Shown here one piece after another: positions 1 through 11,005 of a stretch of 64,000 nt of DNA. Each line of letters starts with the position of its first letter. Within the stretch, counting starts at the first letter, position 1. Position numbers and translations under genes: made by a program. A model generated the notes under the pieces. It did no database searches. It was not told where the DNA came from and saw only the letters and a list, made by a program, of their open reading frames with translations. The stretch is from Podarcis tiliguerta (taxonomy: Eukaryota): the NCBI GenBank assembly GCA_965153285.1, contig OZ229115.1; one strand, given 5' to 3'.

Positions 1-681
1 TGGTCATGTAAGTCAACTGCTGGATCCAATATTGAAAATGCCTATTAATATAAAGAACTTTAAATAAAAATGAACTGCTTTGATCCTAACCTCAGTAGCT
101 GCTTACAATAGCATTATTATTGTCTCAGTTTTGAGTTGTTGGATGAGTAAAAAAAAAGTGTGTGTTGACATTCTGCTCCCCTTTTCTTGAGCATTCTGGG
201 ATGACCAGGCATTGCTAAACATTCCAGCACTGGAATATTTCCCGTGTGTTGATTCTTTATGTGTATATTCATGCTGCAAGTACATGTATATGTGACCTCC
301 CACTATCTCTCCTTCCTTTACAGCAAGCTCTTCATACAAGTGTTGTATTTGTAATATTTATATTCTGTCTCTTAGGGCGTAGGCCTCTCGATGTGGTGTA
401 CAACTAAAGGAGTTTAATTGGAAATACATCAGAGTGTTTAAAAAACACACATAATAATCCAGAATTATAAAGAAGTGCCAAGTTTCAGGAATCAGTTCCG
501 TTAAAAACATTGTAAAAGGCAAACTAAAGCAAATGAGTCTTAAAAGGCATGTTTGAAAGCTTGTATTGAAAGGGTTTTTTGTAGTTCCATATGACAAATT
601 CATCACATATTTGCTTTTTTTTTTTTTTTAATAGCATGGTTAGCAAGACAACTGATTAGAATATTTGTCATTCTTCACCAG

Positions 682-785
682 GAAGAACTGCAAGCTAACT
701 TGGAGCTCATCCAGACCTACAGACTTCATATTGCACAGGACATCAATCAGGAGAACTTACAGCTCTTTGTCACCTCCTATAACAG
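682..785 (+). CDS. NDRG3: NDRG3 coding exon (EELQANLELIQTYRLHIAQDINQENLQLFVTSYN)
   Basis: ccag|GAAGAA ... AACAG|gtacaa; 104 nt. Confidence 0.95.
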
Positions 786-3700
786 GTACAAGACTGGTAT
801 AGAATCCTGTTTCACACACACACACACACACACAACCTTGAAAGTATAGCTGTGCATACATAGTGCTTCTGCAGCAGTTGACAGCATGTATATTGGAATA
901 GCCTTTGTTTTAAAAAAATCAAAGAGCCTCCCTCGTTCAAGAAGCTTGCCAGGTTCCCTTCTTCAGTTTAAGATCCAGTGCCATCGACACGTGTCCCTAT
1001 AATGTTGTTCTAGTTGTCAGGGCTTTTTTTATCTAAGCAAAATCTTAGTCTGGTTGCTTCATTCTTTTTATGCTTTCTAGCTTATGAATAGAGCAACAAA
1101 CTAGGAGATAAAGTAGTCATGTGGCAAGCTGAGGGGTGGGTGGGGACTAAAGCACATGTGCCTCTTGTTGGTAACAAGAGGGAAATTGTGCACCTCGTAG
1201 AGTAGTTAGGCCAGGCACCCCCAAACTTGGCCCTCCAGATGTTTTGGGACTACAGTGCGCATCATCCCTGACCACTGGTCCTGTTAGCTAGGGATGGTGG
1301 GAGTTCTAGACCCAAAACTTCCGGAGGTCCGAATTGGGGGATGCCTGAGTTAGGCAATGCCCACATTGCCTCCATCCCAGCCTTGTTTGACTTGGTCCTC
1401 TCCTATTGTCTTCCTAGCCGTAGAGATCTGGACATTGAGAGGCCAGTCTTGGGTATGACTGAAGAGGCAGGAAAAACACTCAAGTAAGTTTATCTTGGTC
1501 ATCTTTGAACCTGTGCTTGAAATTATGTAGAATTTCTTTTCTAAGTTTAGCAGTATTCTGTTTCCTCTGTTTCCCCATTGCCCGTGAACCTAGAGTTCCA
1601 CGTCCTTTAAAAATATTAATGTAGTACATGATTTATCTCCTTTTGCAATGCTTTTGGTAGAACAACTTGCAAATTGGACGCTTAATTGAGTTATCTGCAC
1701 CCCAAATATCTACTTCAGGCTATCTAACTGCCTTTATTTTTATTTAATTCATTTCTCTCTCCTAAAGTTGAAAAAGACCTCCAAGTCAGTTAAACCCCAA
1801 CCTGCTGCTAATGCAGGAAATCCATTGATAGATACATGGCTGTGCAGACTCCGTTTAAAAACCTCTAACAAAGGAATGCCTTCTAGGCATTTTGTTTCAC
1901 CGGGGCGATTCTTCCTAAAGTTCAGTTGAAATCCCCTTTTTTGCAATTCAAACCAATTGGTTCTGGTCCTACCCTCTGGAACAACAAAAACCAAATGTGA
2001 TCCATTTATGTCATAGCCCTTCAGATGTTTGAAAAACTGTTGCTGGGGTGATGGATGTTTCATGTCATAGGCCTTCAGCCAGTCATTGCACTGCACAGTG
2101 GGTATCTGCCCTAAAGCACAGATAATTATTTCCCCAAGCTCCATCGTGGGGAAAAAGTTGTACATGTGAACAAAATATGGTGAGTTCACTTTCCCAGTGA
2201 CTCTATCAGTTGGTACAGGCATGTTTGAATGAATGAATGAATGTACACTGGCATTAAGTACATTAAGAAATAGTGATCTAGTATAGAAATATAGCATAAT
2301 GAAGTATTCATGAACATGACGTTGTATCTGGTGAAGTCCCTGTGTGCACGGAATGTCTTCTGCTTGCACAACAAACCTTTCCCTCCCCTACACACCTCCT
2401 GCGTCTCCCCAAATCTTCTCTGGGGGTTCTCCCAAGACTCCAATAGCTAGTATGGTGGGATGTTTTGTTGCAAAGAAATGGAGATGTATTGCAGACCAGA
2501 AATGCAGGGTATTCAAATGAACAGGAACTGTAATACAAATGATGGTATTTTCTTGGTTTAGGGTTGCTTTATAGAAATGCCAGCAACTCTTAGAAAAAAA
2601 AATAAAACAGCAGAATTTATGACAGCAGGAGTTGATGCTTGTTTAAATTGTGCAGACTACAACTTTATCCTGTGGATTTTGTACAGGTGTCCTGTCTTAT
2701 TAGTGGTTGGGGACAGCTCACCAGCAGTTGAAGCTGTGGTAAGTATGCCTGGTTATTATACTCCTTACTCTCCGCTTCCTTCGTTTCTTGGAAGATAGAA
2801 CTCTGCAAATTTCACACAATCCGTTCAAGTAGTATTTATCAAGTGAGATGTTTGCTTCTATCCATGAGTCTTGAATTTGTGTGAGGATAAAATACAGGCC
2901 ATTGCTTTTTAAACTATTCAATTATTGATTTTCATAATATATAATCATAACAAAGTTCCCATTTCCCCACCTCCCAGAATATAGTTTTGTGATAGCAGAA
3001 TAGTCAATGAATTATTGAAAAGTATTCTGCTGGGCAAATGAAGGTGTCCTTCCACAGGTCTCCTTTAATTTGCCGGTGGTCTGTATTCATGTTCTTTTGT
3101 GAGGGCATAAGAAAGAAAGCGGAACCATTTTTTTATAAACTTAGTCTGATTTTTGTTATTAATCCATCATTGCCGTACTTTATCTGTTAGCTTGTCCATC
3201 AGAGCCGAGTCCCAAATCTGTAAAAATCAGATTTCAAAAAGATTGCCATTCAAAGTACTCTAAAATTTAGCAACAGTAAGTCTGACAGCTATCATAAGCT
3301 GAGTTATGAAATACTTTTAATTACTGATGAGCTGTCAAAGCTCTTTGACACAGGTATAATTTCTCCTCCTGGTGCCTTAACGTTCAAGGGGAGGGTGGGG
3401 GATCTCAGCACTGAACTGTAGTTAATATCTGGCCAAATTTCAACACACATATCCTACCAGTTAGGCATAGATTGGGGTGCTGATGATTGGATACGTGTCT
3501 AGATCCATGCAGCCCATTCTGATGTTATGAAGGCAATGTATATTGAGTGACTCTTTTTGTCTCTCAGTTCATTCCCTTCTGCTCTCACAAAGATTCAAGT
3601 GAGTAAAATAACATCAACACCACCCCTAAGAGATGTGGTTGTGTGAAGTGGTGTTTCCACTTCCCTCTCAAATTCTCTGTTCTCAAATCAAGTGAGTTTT

Positions 3701-6700
3701 CAGCACCATAGTTTCTCTGGCTGCTATAGTTAACAGTGAATCGGTATCTCTGCTTTCAGTGTCAACTGGAGGTTGAGAAATTTAGAATGTATGTGCTGTC
3801 TCTGCTTTTTGCTTCCTGGAGACTTGCCTCAGTTTTTCATTTATGTCATTTTATTCTGCTGTTAACATTAAGGTTAGATAAGGCTGTTCAAGCTTAATGG
3901 CTGAGCAGAAATTTGAACACAGGACTTCCAAGTCCAACTTTTTATTCACTGTACAGTGGTACCTCGGGTTACATATGCTTCAGGTTACAGACTCCGCTAA
4001 TCCAGAAATAGTGCTTCAGGATAAGAACTTTGCTTCAGGATAAGAACAGAAATCATGCTCCGGTGGTGCGGCGGCAGCAGGAGGCCCCATTAGCTAAAGT
4101 GGTGCTTCAGGTTAAGAACAGTTTCAGGTTAAGAACGGACCTCCGGAATGAATTAAGTACTTAACCTGAGGTACCACTGTATTGGCTTTTGATGTCATAG
4201 CTAGACTTTATTAGATATAACCAACATTGTGCACTCTGTGTTTTGGGACTACAGTTCCCATCATCTTTGTCCGTGCTGAGGATTATGGGAATTGGAGTCC
4301 AACAACATCTGGAGTTCCCCACATTGGGTACCTCTGGTCTACATTTTCATGCGTTTTTCATATGGGTGCCGGTATATCAGTCACATCAGATACCCGGAAA
4401 AACACTCAATCCTAACAACTACTTCTTTTTCTTCTTCTTCTTCTTCTTCTTCTTCTTCTTCTTCTTCTTCTTCTTCTTCTTCTTCTTCTTCTTCCTTATG
4501 CTGTCCATCTGAGTGGGTTCCCCAAGACATTCTGGGCAGCTTCCAACAAATTAAAACACAATATAACATCAAACATTAAACATTTCCCTCAACAGGGTTG
4601 GCTTCAGATGTCTTCTAAAAGTCAGATATTTGTTTATTTCCTTGACATCTGACGGAAGGGCATTCCACAGGGTGGGCACCACTACCGAGAAAGAACGGGG
4701 ACATTTATCTACCAAATCCCTTACTATGATGTGCTGCTGCTGAAGTATGATATTCCTGTATCCAGTCCCCACCTTTGCTGGATCCTTGGTAATAACTATG
4801 AATTAGATAAATAACGGAGAGGGGGAAATAAATGCTGTTTTGTGCTTTGTAGGTTGAATGCAATTCACGGCTGGATCCAATGAATACAACACTCTTGAAG
4901 GTAACCATCAACTATGAGTGGCTGTCTTGGGGGCTGTCATTCTAGAGTTCATTGTGGTTCCTGGTTTGCCATTCTCCACTACATAAGAACAGTCTGCTGG
5001 ATTGGACCAAAGGCCCCATCTAGTTCATAACTCTGTTCTCACAATGGCTGACCAGACGCCTATGGGAAGCACGTAAGCAGATCCAGAGGGCAATAGCAAT
5101 TGTGACATCCTGGTAGCCTTATTCTCCATTGACTTGTGTGATACTCTTTCAAAGCCATCCAAGTTGATATCTTTCACTATCTCACGCAAGAGTGAATGCC
5201 ATAGTTTAACAGTGCCCTGCATGAAGAAGTATTTTCTTTTGCCTGCCTCGAGTCTTCATTTGAGGTCCCTGAGTTCTAGTGTTATGACAGAGGAAGAAAT
5301 CGGAGTTGTATACCTGCATTTAAGTGTACTCTGGAGGCTGCGCTGAAATGGCAGCAGGGAATGGGTTTGTTAACAGCTGTGCTTCCTCTTAGTCCAAATC
5401 CAGAAATGAGGGCTAACCTCAACCCTATTAAATATACTTCCCTTTCGCCGTCTTCCCCAGTGACTAATGTCACTGAAGGCTCCCTGTCTCAGCATGCCAT
5501 TCATTTTCTTTCCCTGAGGAAACTTCAATTTAAAGCTATGTTTGCTGGAAATAGACACTGTGTCTCAGCTTGATGCTATAATCCACCACTTGCTGGGCTA
5601 ATTTAGGCTTCATTTGTTTGCTCAGCATTTTCAGCTGAATGTCATTTTATCTTGGTTTTGACTCTCTCCTTTCCCCATTTCTTCTTGCAGATGGCAGACT
5701 GTGGAGGGCTCCCTCAAGTCGTTCAGGTGAGCTCTCATTTTAGTGGGTCTCCTGCATCTTGTATGCTTTTAGGGGTGTAAATAATGGCTATGTTTATGTT
5801 TATGCTTTTATTTATATTTATTTTTTCAGCCTGGGAAACTGACTGAAGCCTTCAAGTATTTCGTGCAGGGAATGGGCTACAGTAAGTTATAACAACACTG
5901 TCTTATTTCACAGAGGGCAGGATTGGGAATTACCTGTCATTCAGACCCCACTAGGCTGCTGATAGGTCTCTTTTTCCCCCCATTGAGACTTGGTGTTTTT
6001 CACTATTGGCCAATATGGTCCATGCATATTGCTGGACTTGGAAGAAGGCCTTGTCTGAACTGTAGGCATATTTGTCCAGATTCCCAAATTCCTCAGTGAG
6101 TGGATTAAATTGGGAGAGTTCCAAAAAGGAAAATGTTAATTGCCAAGGTCTATCCTGTGGTTAAAGGGACGCGGGTGGAGCTGTGGATTAAACCACAGAG
6201 CCTAGGACTTGCCGATCAGAAGGTCAGCGGTTCGAATCCCCACGACAGGGTGAGCTCCCGTTGCTCAGTCCCTGCTCCTGCCACCCTAGCAGTTCGAAAG
6301 CACGTCAAAGTGCAAGTAGATAAATAGGTACCACTCTGGTAGGAAGGTAAACGGTGTTTCCTTGTGCTGCTCTGGTTTGCCAGAAGCGGCTTAGTCATGC
6401 TGGCCACATGACCCGGAAGCTGTACGCCGGCTCCCTTGGCCAGTAAAGCAAGATGAGCGCCGCAACCCCAGAGTTGGCCACGACTGGACCTAATGGTCAG
6501 GGGTCCCTTTACCTATCCTGTGGTTAGATTGGCAGCCCTGTACTTGTATTCAGAACAGGATCAAGCCTTTTGCTACAGCTGACTTCATGGGGGGGGGGGG
6601 AATTCCTGCATCGCCTGTCTTCCTGATCTGTGTGCCTGTAGCAAAAAGAAGGTACATTGAAATTAATTTTAGGGTTGGGGGGGGGGGGGAATCACTTGAC

Positions 6701-8070
6701 ATTTTAAGGCCCAAGAAAGTAGAAACTATATTTGCAGGTCATCTAGTGCGGTGTTAAGCACATTGCCTGAAGTTCTACCATGTTGCAAATACTGAAAGAC
6801 TGAGTGTTCAAGCTTGGTGCTCAAGCAGCGTACATTCTTCTAGGCATGTCATGTCTACACTAACCTGTATTTCCCATTCCCTCTCTTGTCTTTGCTTCCA
6901 GTCCCTTACGTGCAGCTCAGTCACCTGAGCACTGAGTCAGGTACCTACAAGTGTGTGGCTGGTTTGACTGAGTTACTTTTTTTTCTGATGCGTTACTCTG
7001 CTTCTAGCATGGCCTGGCGACATTTTGCATTCTTAGGCCATCCCACTGTACGCTTCTTGCGCTACAATTTTCTTAGTGGTTTCATTTGCATTTGGTTGAC
7101 TGTTGCATGGTTCTGCAGCTCAGTGATGATCCAGGAGTAAAATCTATGATTCCTGGCATCTTCTTCTTTTTTGAAACTACTATGTGAGCATAGTAGTTTA
7201 TGCACTCTTATGCACACACAGAGAGGTGACTGCATTGCAATGAGTCTTTGGCAGTTATGCACATCAGGCCTTAAGCATCCTCAATCATGCGTGCATTTCA
7301 TTTTCATACCTGAGAATGGAGTCATATGCTTAAAATAAAACAGAATTCTCAACCCCGGAATTTCCTCATACATAGGTTTGCCATATGTCTGGAATTTCCA
7401 GAAGACCACTGTCTCTAGCAATGTCCGTCCAACAGGGTTGGGCAAAACTCAACAACTTTTCTGTCCGGGTTGTCACTGTTTGAAATACAGCAACCCTATC
7501 ATACAGCAGATGGGGAGGGGGCACTTGCAAGTGGGAGGGGTACAAAATGAAAACGCAACTAGGGAATGTGGGGGTGGAGCAGCTGGGTGGGCTTGCATCT
7601 GCAGGGGAGCTTGGAAGGATTAAGCACCTATTCCCACCTGCTGTTTCTCCTTTACAATGCCCCCCCACATTTGTTTCACCATGGTAAACATGGGTTTGGG
7701 AAACTTGCATTTGCCAGTGTGACATTGCGCTATCACCATGGAGGCAGCTCCGAAAAGGCGATACGTTTTTTTGTTTGTTTTCCTGCAGCACCACTCCCCC
7801 CCCCCCCACTTTACGCTTCTTCCATTTCGAAGGCATTTTCTAGTAAGGTAAAACAAAACTTGCTTATTTCTGGTCTTCACTGCCTCTCTTCTTCCAGTGC
7901 CGTCTGCAAGTATGACCAGACTGATCCGCTCCCGGACCCAGTCGTCCTCCAGCGTTGGCTCTGGAGAGAGCAGCAGCCAAACACGGTCTCAAGCCAGCAA
8001 CCCAGGGGAGGCAGCGGCTGGAATTCCTGGAGCAGCTGGTGCTCCTCAGACTATGGAAGTATCCTGCTAA
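682..8070 (+). CDS. NDRG3: NDRG family member 3, 3' portion (5' exons lie upstream of the window)
   Basis: Exons 682-785, 1418-1483, 2687-2738, 4853-4900, 5691-5726, 5830-5881, (6902-6940) and 7898-8070 all have AG/GT boundaries and consistent phase. They translate to EELQANLELIQTYRLHIAQDINQENLQLF...[63 protein letters not shown]...PSASMTRLIRSRT...TMEVSC*. HIAQDINQ and adjacency to SLA2 favour NDRG3 over NDRG1/2/4. Confidence 0.95.
813..833. repeat. (CA)n microsatellite
   Basis: Read directly from sequence. Confidence 0.9.
1212..1347. mobile_element. hAT-type MITE (ggactaca/gggagtt fold-back family)
   Basis: TIRs CAGGCA...TGCCTG; perfect 8-bp TSD AGTTAGGC at 1204-1211 and 1348-1355. Degraded relatives near 4240, 17060, 35490, 41040, 43255, 46860 and 47440. 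Confidence 0.8.
1418..1483 (+). CDS. NDRG3: NDRG3 coding exon (RRDLDIERPVLGMTEEAGKTLK)
   Basis: cctag|CCGTAG ... CTCAA|gtaagt; 66 nt. Confidence 0.93.
1750..2010 (-). mobile_element. CR1 LINE 3' fragment
   Basis: Minus-strand translation RTRTNWFELQKRGFQLNFRKN...LLEVFKRSL resembles the CR1 ORF2 C-terminus. Confidence 0.65.
2687..2738 (+). CDS. NDRG3: NDRG3 coding exon ([17 protein letters not shown])
   Basis: tacag|GTGTCC ... CTGTG|gtaagt; 52 nt. Confidence 0.95.
3954..4179 (+). mobile_element. Tc1/mariner (pogo/Tigger-like) MITE
   Basis: TIRs CAGTGGTACCTC...GAGGTACCACTG flanked by TA; internal CTTCAGGTTA(AGAAC) repeats. Confidence 0.85.
4421..4690 (-). mobile_element. L2-type LINE 3' end with a (TTC)n microsatellite tail (about 4421-4494)
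   Basis: Minus-strand RSFSVVVPTLWNALPSDVK...TFRRHLK is typical of the L2 ORF2 C-terminus; about 24 TTC units at the tail. Confidence 0.7.
4853..4900 (+). CDS. NDRG3: NDRG3 coding exon ([16 protein letters not shown])
   Basis: tgtag|GTTGAA ... TGAAG|gtaacc; 48 nt. Confidence 0.95.
4981..5290 (-). mobile_element. CR1 LINE 3' fragment
   Basis: acataagaa..ctgctggat.gacc..ggcccatctag CR1 3' terminus; minus ORF VKLWHSLL...LDGFERV. Confidence 0.65.
5691..5726 (+). CDS. NDRG3: NDRG3 coding exon ([12 protein letters not shown])
   Basis: tgcag|ATGGCA ... TTCAG|gtgagc; 36 nt. Confidence 0.95.
5830..5881 (+). CDS. NDRG3: NDRG3 coding exon ([17 protein letters not shown])
   Basis: ttcag|CCTGGG ... CTACA|gtaagt; 52 nt. 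Confidence 0.95.
6166..6512 (+). mobile_element. Full-length Sauria SINE
   Basis: GGGACGCGGGTGG head with B-box GGTTCGAATCC, Sauria core (gtgcaagtagataaataggtacc) and CCTTTACC tail; 14-bp TSD CTATCCTGTGGTTA at 6150-6163 and 6513-6526. Confidence 0.9.
6902..6940 (+). CDS. NDRG3: NDRG3 in-frame 39-nt cassette exon (IPYVQLSHLSTES)
   Basis: Long pyrimidine tract, then ccag|TCCCTT ... GTCAG|gtacct. Symmetric phase 1/1. Sits where NDRG3/NDRG4 isoforms carry a 13-aa alternative insert. Confidence 0.8.
7898..8070 (+). CDS. NDRG3: NDRG3 terminal coding exon (PSASMTRLIRSRTQSSSS...QTMEVSC*)
   Basis: ttccag|TGCCGT; NDRG-type C-terminus MEVSC; stop TAA 8068-8070. Confidence 0.95.
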
Positions 8071-10602
8071 GCAAGCAACCATCTTCTGTATCCAGACAAT
8101 CCCTCTTCTCCCCTTCTGAACCCCCCCAGAATCCAGTGTTCACCCAAACATGTGGCATTAATAAGTCCCCCTCCCCACCTTGTGCCTGCCCATCTTACTT
8201 GCCACCTTCTCAGCTATTTGTCTCTTTGGCATTATGTTCCAAATCTTTTCTTTTTTTCCTGCATTGGCTACAGAAACATAGGCTGTGTACAGAAAACAGG
8301 AGTGGGCTTGTGGGCCTTTGGGGTGGGGAGGGTTGGTTGTGCAGGGTGAGTGCCTCTTTCCCCTTCCTTTGCTGACACACAATCCAGAGCAGTCTCTCTC
8401 TCCTTTCTCACCACACGGCCGCCATGTTTCAGGTGAGCTGTCTGCTTTGCATTTATTCCGCACCACCACCGCTCCCGGCCTTCATACGTAACCTGCTTCT
8501 TGTGATGTTTAGCATTTTGACAAAAAGGATTTTACTGTGCGGGTATTTGCTCAGCCTTGGTTGTTGTTTTTTTACTCTTTGGAACATGCTCTGAGAAAGT
8601 GGGGAGGTTTCATGACTCAACCATGGCTGTCAGCTGATCGGCGCTGCACAGAGCAATGCTTTGGGTGGGTGGGGAACATTTACGAGTGACTCAAGGGCTG
8701 GCCAATCAATGCTGTGCTAACCTAGCTTCTACTCAAACTGGAAAAGCAGAATCCTCCTGAGCTCAGACTGTGTGTGTGTGTGGCACAAGTGTGGCAAGTG
8801 AGCTTCCCCAGCGCGCTCGCCACATCTGTACGCATCCATTGCGCTAACATTCCATTGGTGCTAACGGAGAGAGTTACTGTATATGTTGGTGCCATTCCTC
8901 CCCCCCCCCCGGCCCTGATTCCTGTGTTGTCAAACCATGTGAAAGTGGTGGGTCTCCTGTTTTGTTTTGAATCCAAATCATTTCTGTGGCTTGTGCACTT
9001 AGAACTGCTTTCTAGTCGTGCTTCTGCTGAAGGTTATTAGGGCTCTTGGCTGCAGTCTTTACAATGTCTTTGGGGCAGGGGTGAAGATTCAGTGTTTTAA
9101 AACTTCAGGGTGGGGGTGGGGGTCTTGAATCCTGCACTGTCTGAACTCTTGAGTGCATCCCAGCATATATGCTGCATATTTTCACACTGTAAGGAAGTGT
9201 AAGTCTTTCATAGCTGAGGTGGGTGAAAGGCATGCAAAAGGATCTCCTACCAGGGCTGCTGGGACACCAATTAAAGAAAGAGCTAGGTTTCTCGTGAGCT
9301 TAGCTGTCTCTGATGAAAGTGTCCTATTCAGCAGTGTACAAGGGATTTTATACATTCTGCGATAGCCGGAGTGCTGGGTTGTAGAGGCTTTAGAAAGGGA
9401 GTTGGATTATATTTAGAATGACTGACTTCTGCCACCCTGGGGGTGGGCGGCGGGGGGGCCAGTGCTTTCCCAAGCTGGAGAAGAAGAAGAAAACAGTTGG
9501 CTTAAGATGTTCATACAAATATCTTACCCTGACTGTTTCATGATAGTGACTTGCACAATCAATTACACCTGTTAGACAGCCACTCTCCAAAAATGAAATG
9601 AATTTTCCAAAATATATTTAATGGTTGAGTAAAGTGAACTATATATTAACTGAAAAACCATAGAATTCTAAATCATTGATGGAGGATTGTTTTTTCAGCC
9701 TAGGTCCAAGTAGTCACACAGTGTTCTATGGTAATAATGTCAATTTTGATGTAGCAGCAATTTTGATGTTCAACAACTGGGAAGTGTTTATTCTATATTT
9801 GCTAAACTTGCTGGACACTGATGCATTACAATTGCAATGCCAGTTCTATTAAAGTGTATGTAGTCCAATCCCACCCCCATTTTCCTGGTTTAAAACTGGC
9901 ATTCTGCAAACTTCCCTATTCACTGCTATAGCCTCCTCATGGGAAATCCCCAAGCCTTTTAATTATTAAACATGCTGTTTGCAATATGTGGGAGTAACTT
10001 AGCAAACTGGTCAGCGGAGACTTCAGATTATGGTTTTGGACATATGGAGGGACAGACAAGCCAATTTTATAGCCTTTCCCCAAGCAGTTATGTTGCTACA
10101 AAAAACTTGGGGTGCGGGTGGGACTATATTGGGTCTATGATTTGTTCTGCTTGCATTATGCAGGCGTCTTGAGCTTGTATTGAGCTAAGGGAATGCATCT
10201 GTGTACTGTATAATGTAACAGTGTGCTCTGTTTAGGGCCTGTTTTTTTATATATTTTTCATAGGCTGATATTAAACTCTATTGTCTTGACAAATTCAGCA
10301 CTCTTGATAGAAGTGGGTAGGTTTGCCCTGGGAGCTAGATAGTTCCCAGATTATATTGATCTCCTGAATTTGAAAGGTTGCTGCTTTTCTGCTTCCTCTT
10401 GGGTCACAGAAGACCAGAAGTGTGTGATTTCTGATCTGATAAAAGGGTGAAATAATTGCTGATGTGCTGCTGACTTATTCATAATACGGTGGCAGAATAT
10501 ACTTGGCTCATGGGGCCAAGATCCTTGGAAAAACCAGGTTCGGCTCTGTTTCAAATAGGGAACCGGAAGATTCTGCTTGGGAGGGAAAATTCGTACCAAT
10601 TA

Positions 10603-10608
10603 AATAAA
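10603..10608 (+). terminator. Probable NDRG3 polyadenylation signal (AATAAA)
   Basis: AATAAA followed about 20-40 nt later by a GT/T-rich tract (gttgttaatgtggctctgtgtgttt). ATTAAA variants near 9848 and 10270 may be proximal sites. Confidence 0.5.
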
Positions 10609-11005
10609 GCTATAATCGAGTCTCGTTGTTAATGTGGCTCTGTGTGTTTATTCCATGTTTGGACTAGTTTCCATTAATTTCCAGAGCTCAGAACTATCAG
10701 ATTTTGACATCAAATGACTTGGTCATCAAATGAAACAGTAAGTTTCTCCGATGTTCAAAAACACAAAACCCACTAGCATAGCTAGTGTCCTGTCAATGTT
10801 TCTATGCAGTGCATATATTTTTGAGTCGTTTTTGAGTGCCATGGTAGAGAGACTGAGGTGTAGATAAAATAAAAAAATCAAAGAGACACAAGTTGTGTAG
10901 TTATAGCATGTAAATTTCATCCAGAATTTTGAGATTGGGGTGGTGGAGGGAAGAGTATGAACAAATGAAGGGTAACACAGTGCTGAAAGTCCCCTTACCC
11001 CACTG

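Noticed and set aside
1749-2369. 206-aa ORF on -
   Set aside because: The C-terminal part is a CR1 remnant and the rest is intronic sequence. Not a host gene.
3954-4179. Short direct repeats (CTTCAGGTTAAGAAC) resembling a CRISPR-like array
   Set aside because: They are internal subrepeats of a eukaryotic MITE with irregular spacing, and there are no cas genes.
4243-4579. Poly-Phe, poly-Ser and poly-Glu ORFs
   Set aside because: Translations of the (TTC)n microsatellite at a LINE tail.
7566-8375. 269-aa ORF on +, the longest in the track
   Set aside because: It crosses an intron, the NDRG3 last exon in a different frame, and the 3'UTR, and has no recognisable domain. Chance ORF in GC-richer sequence.
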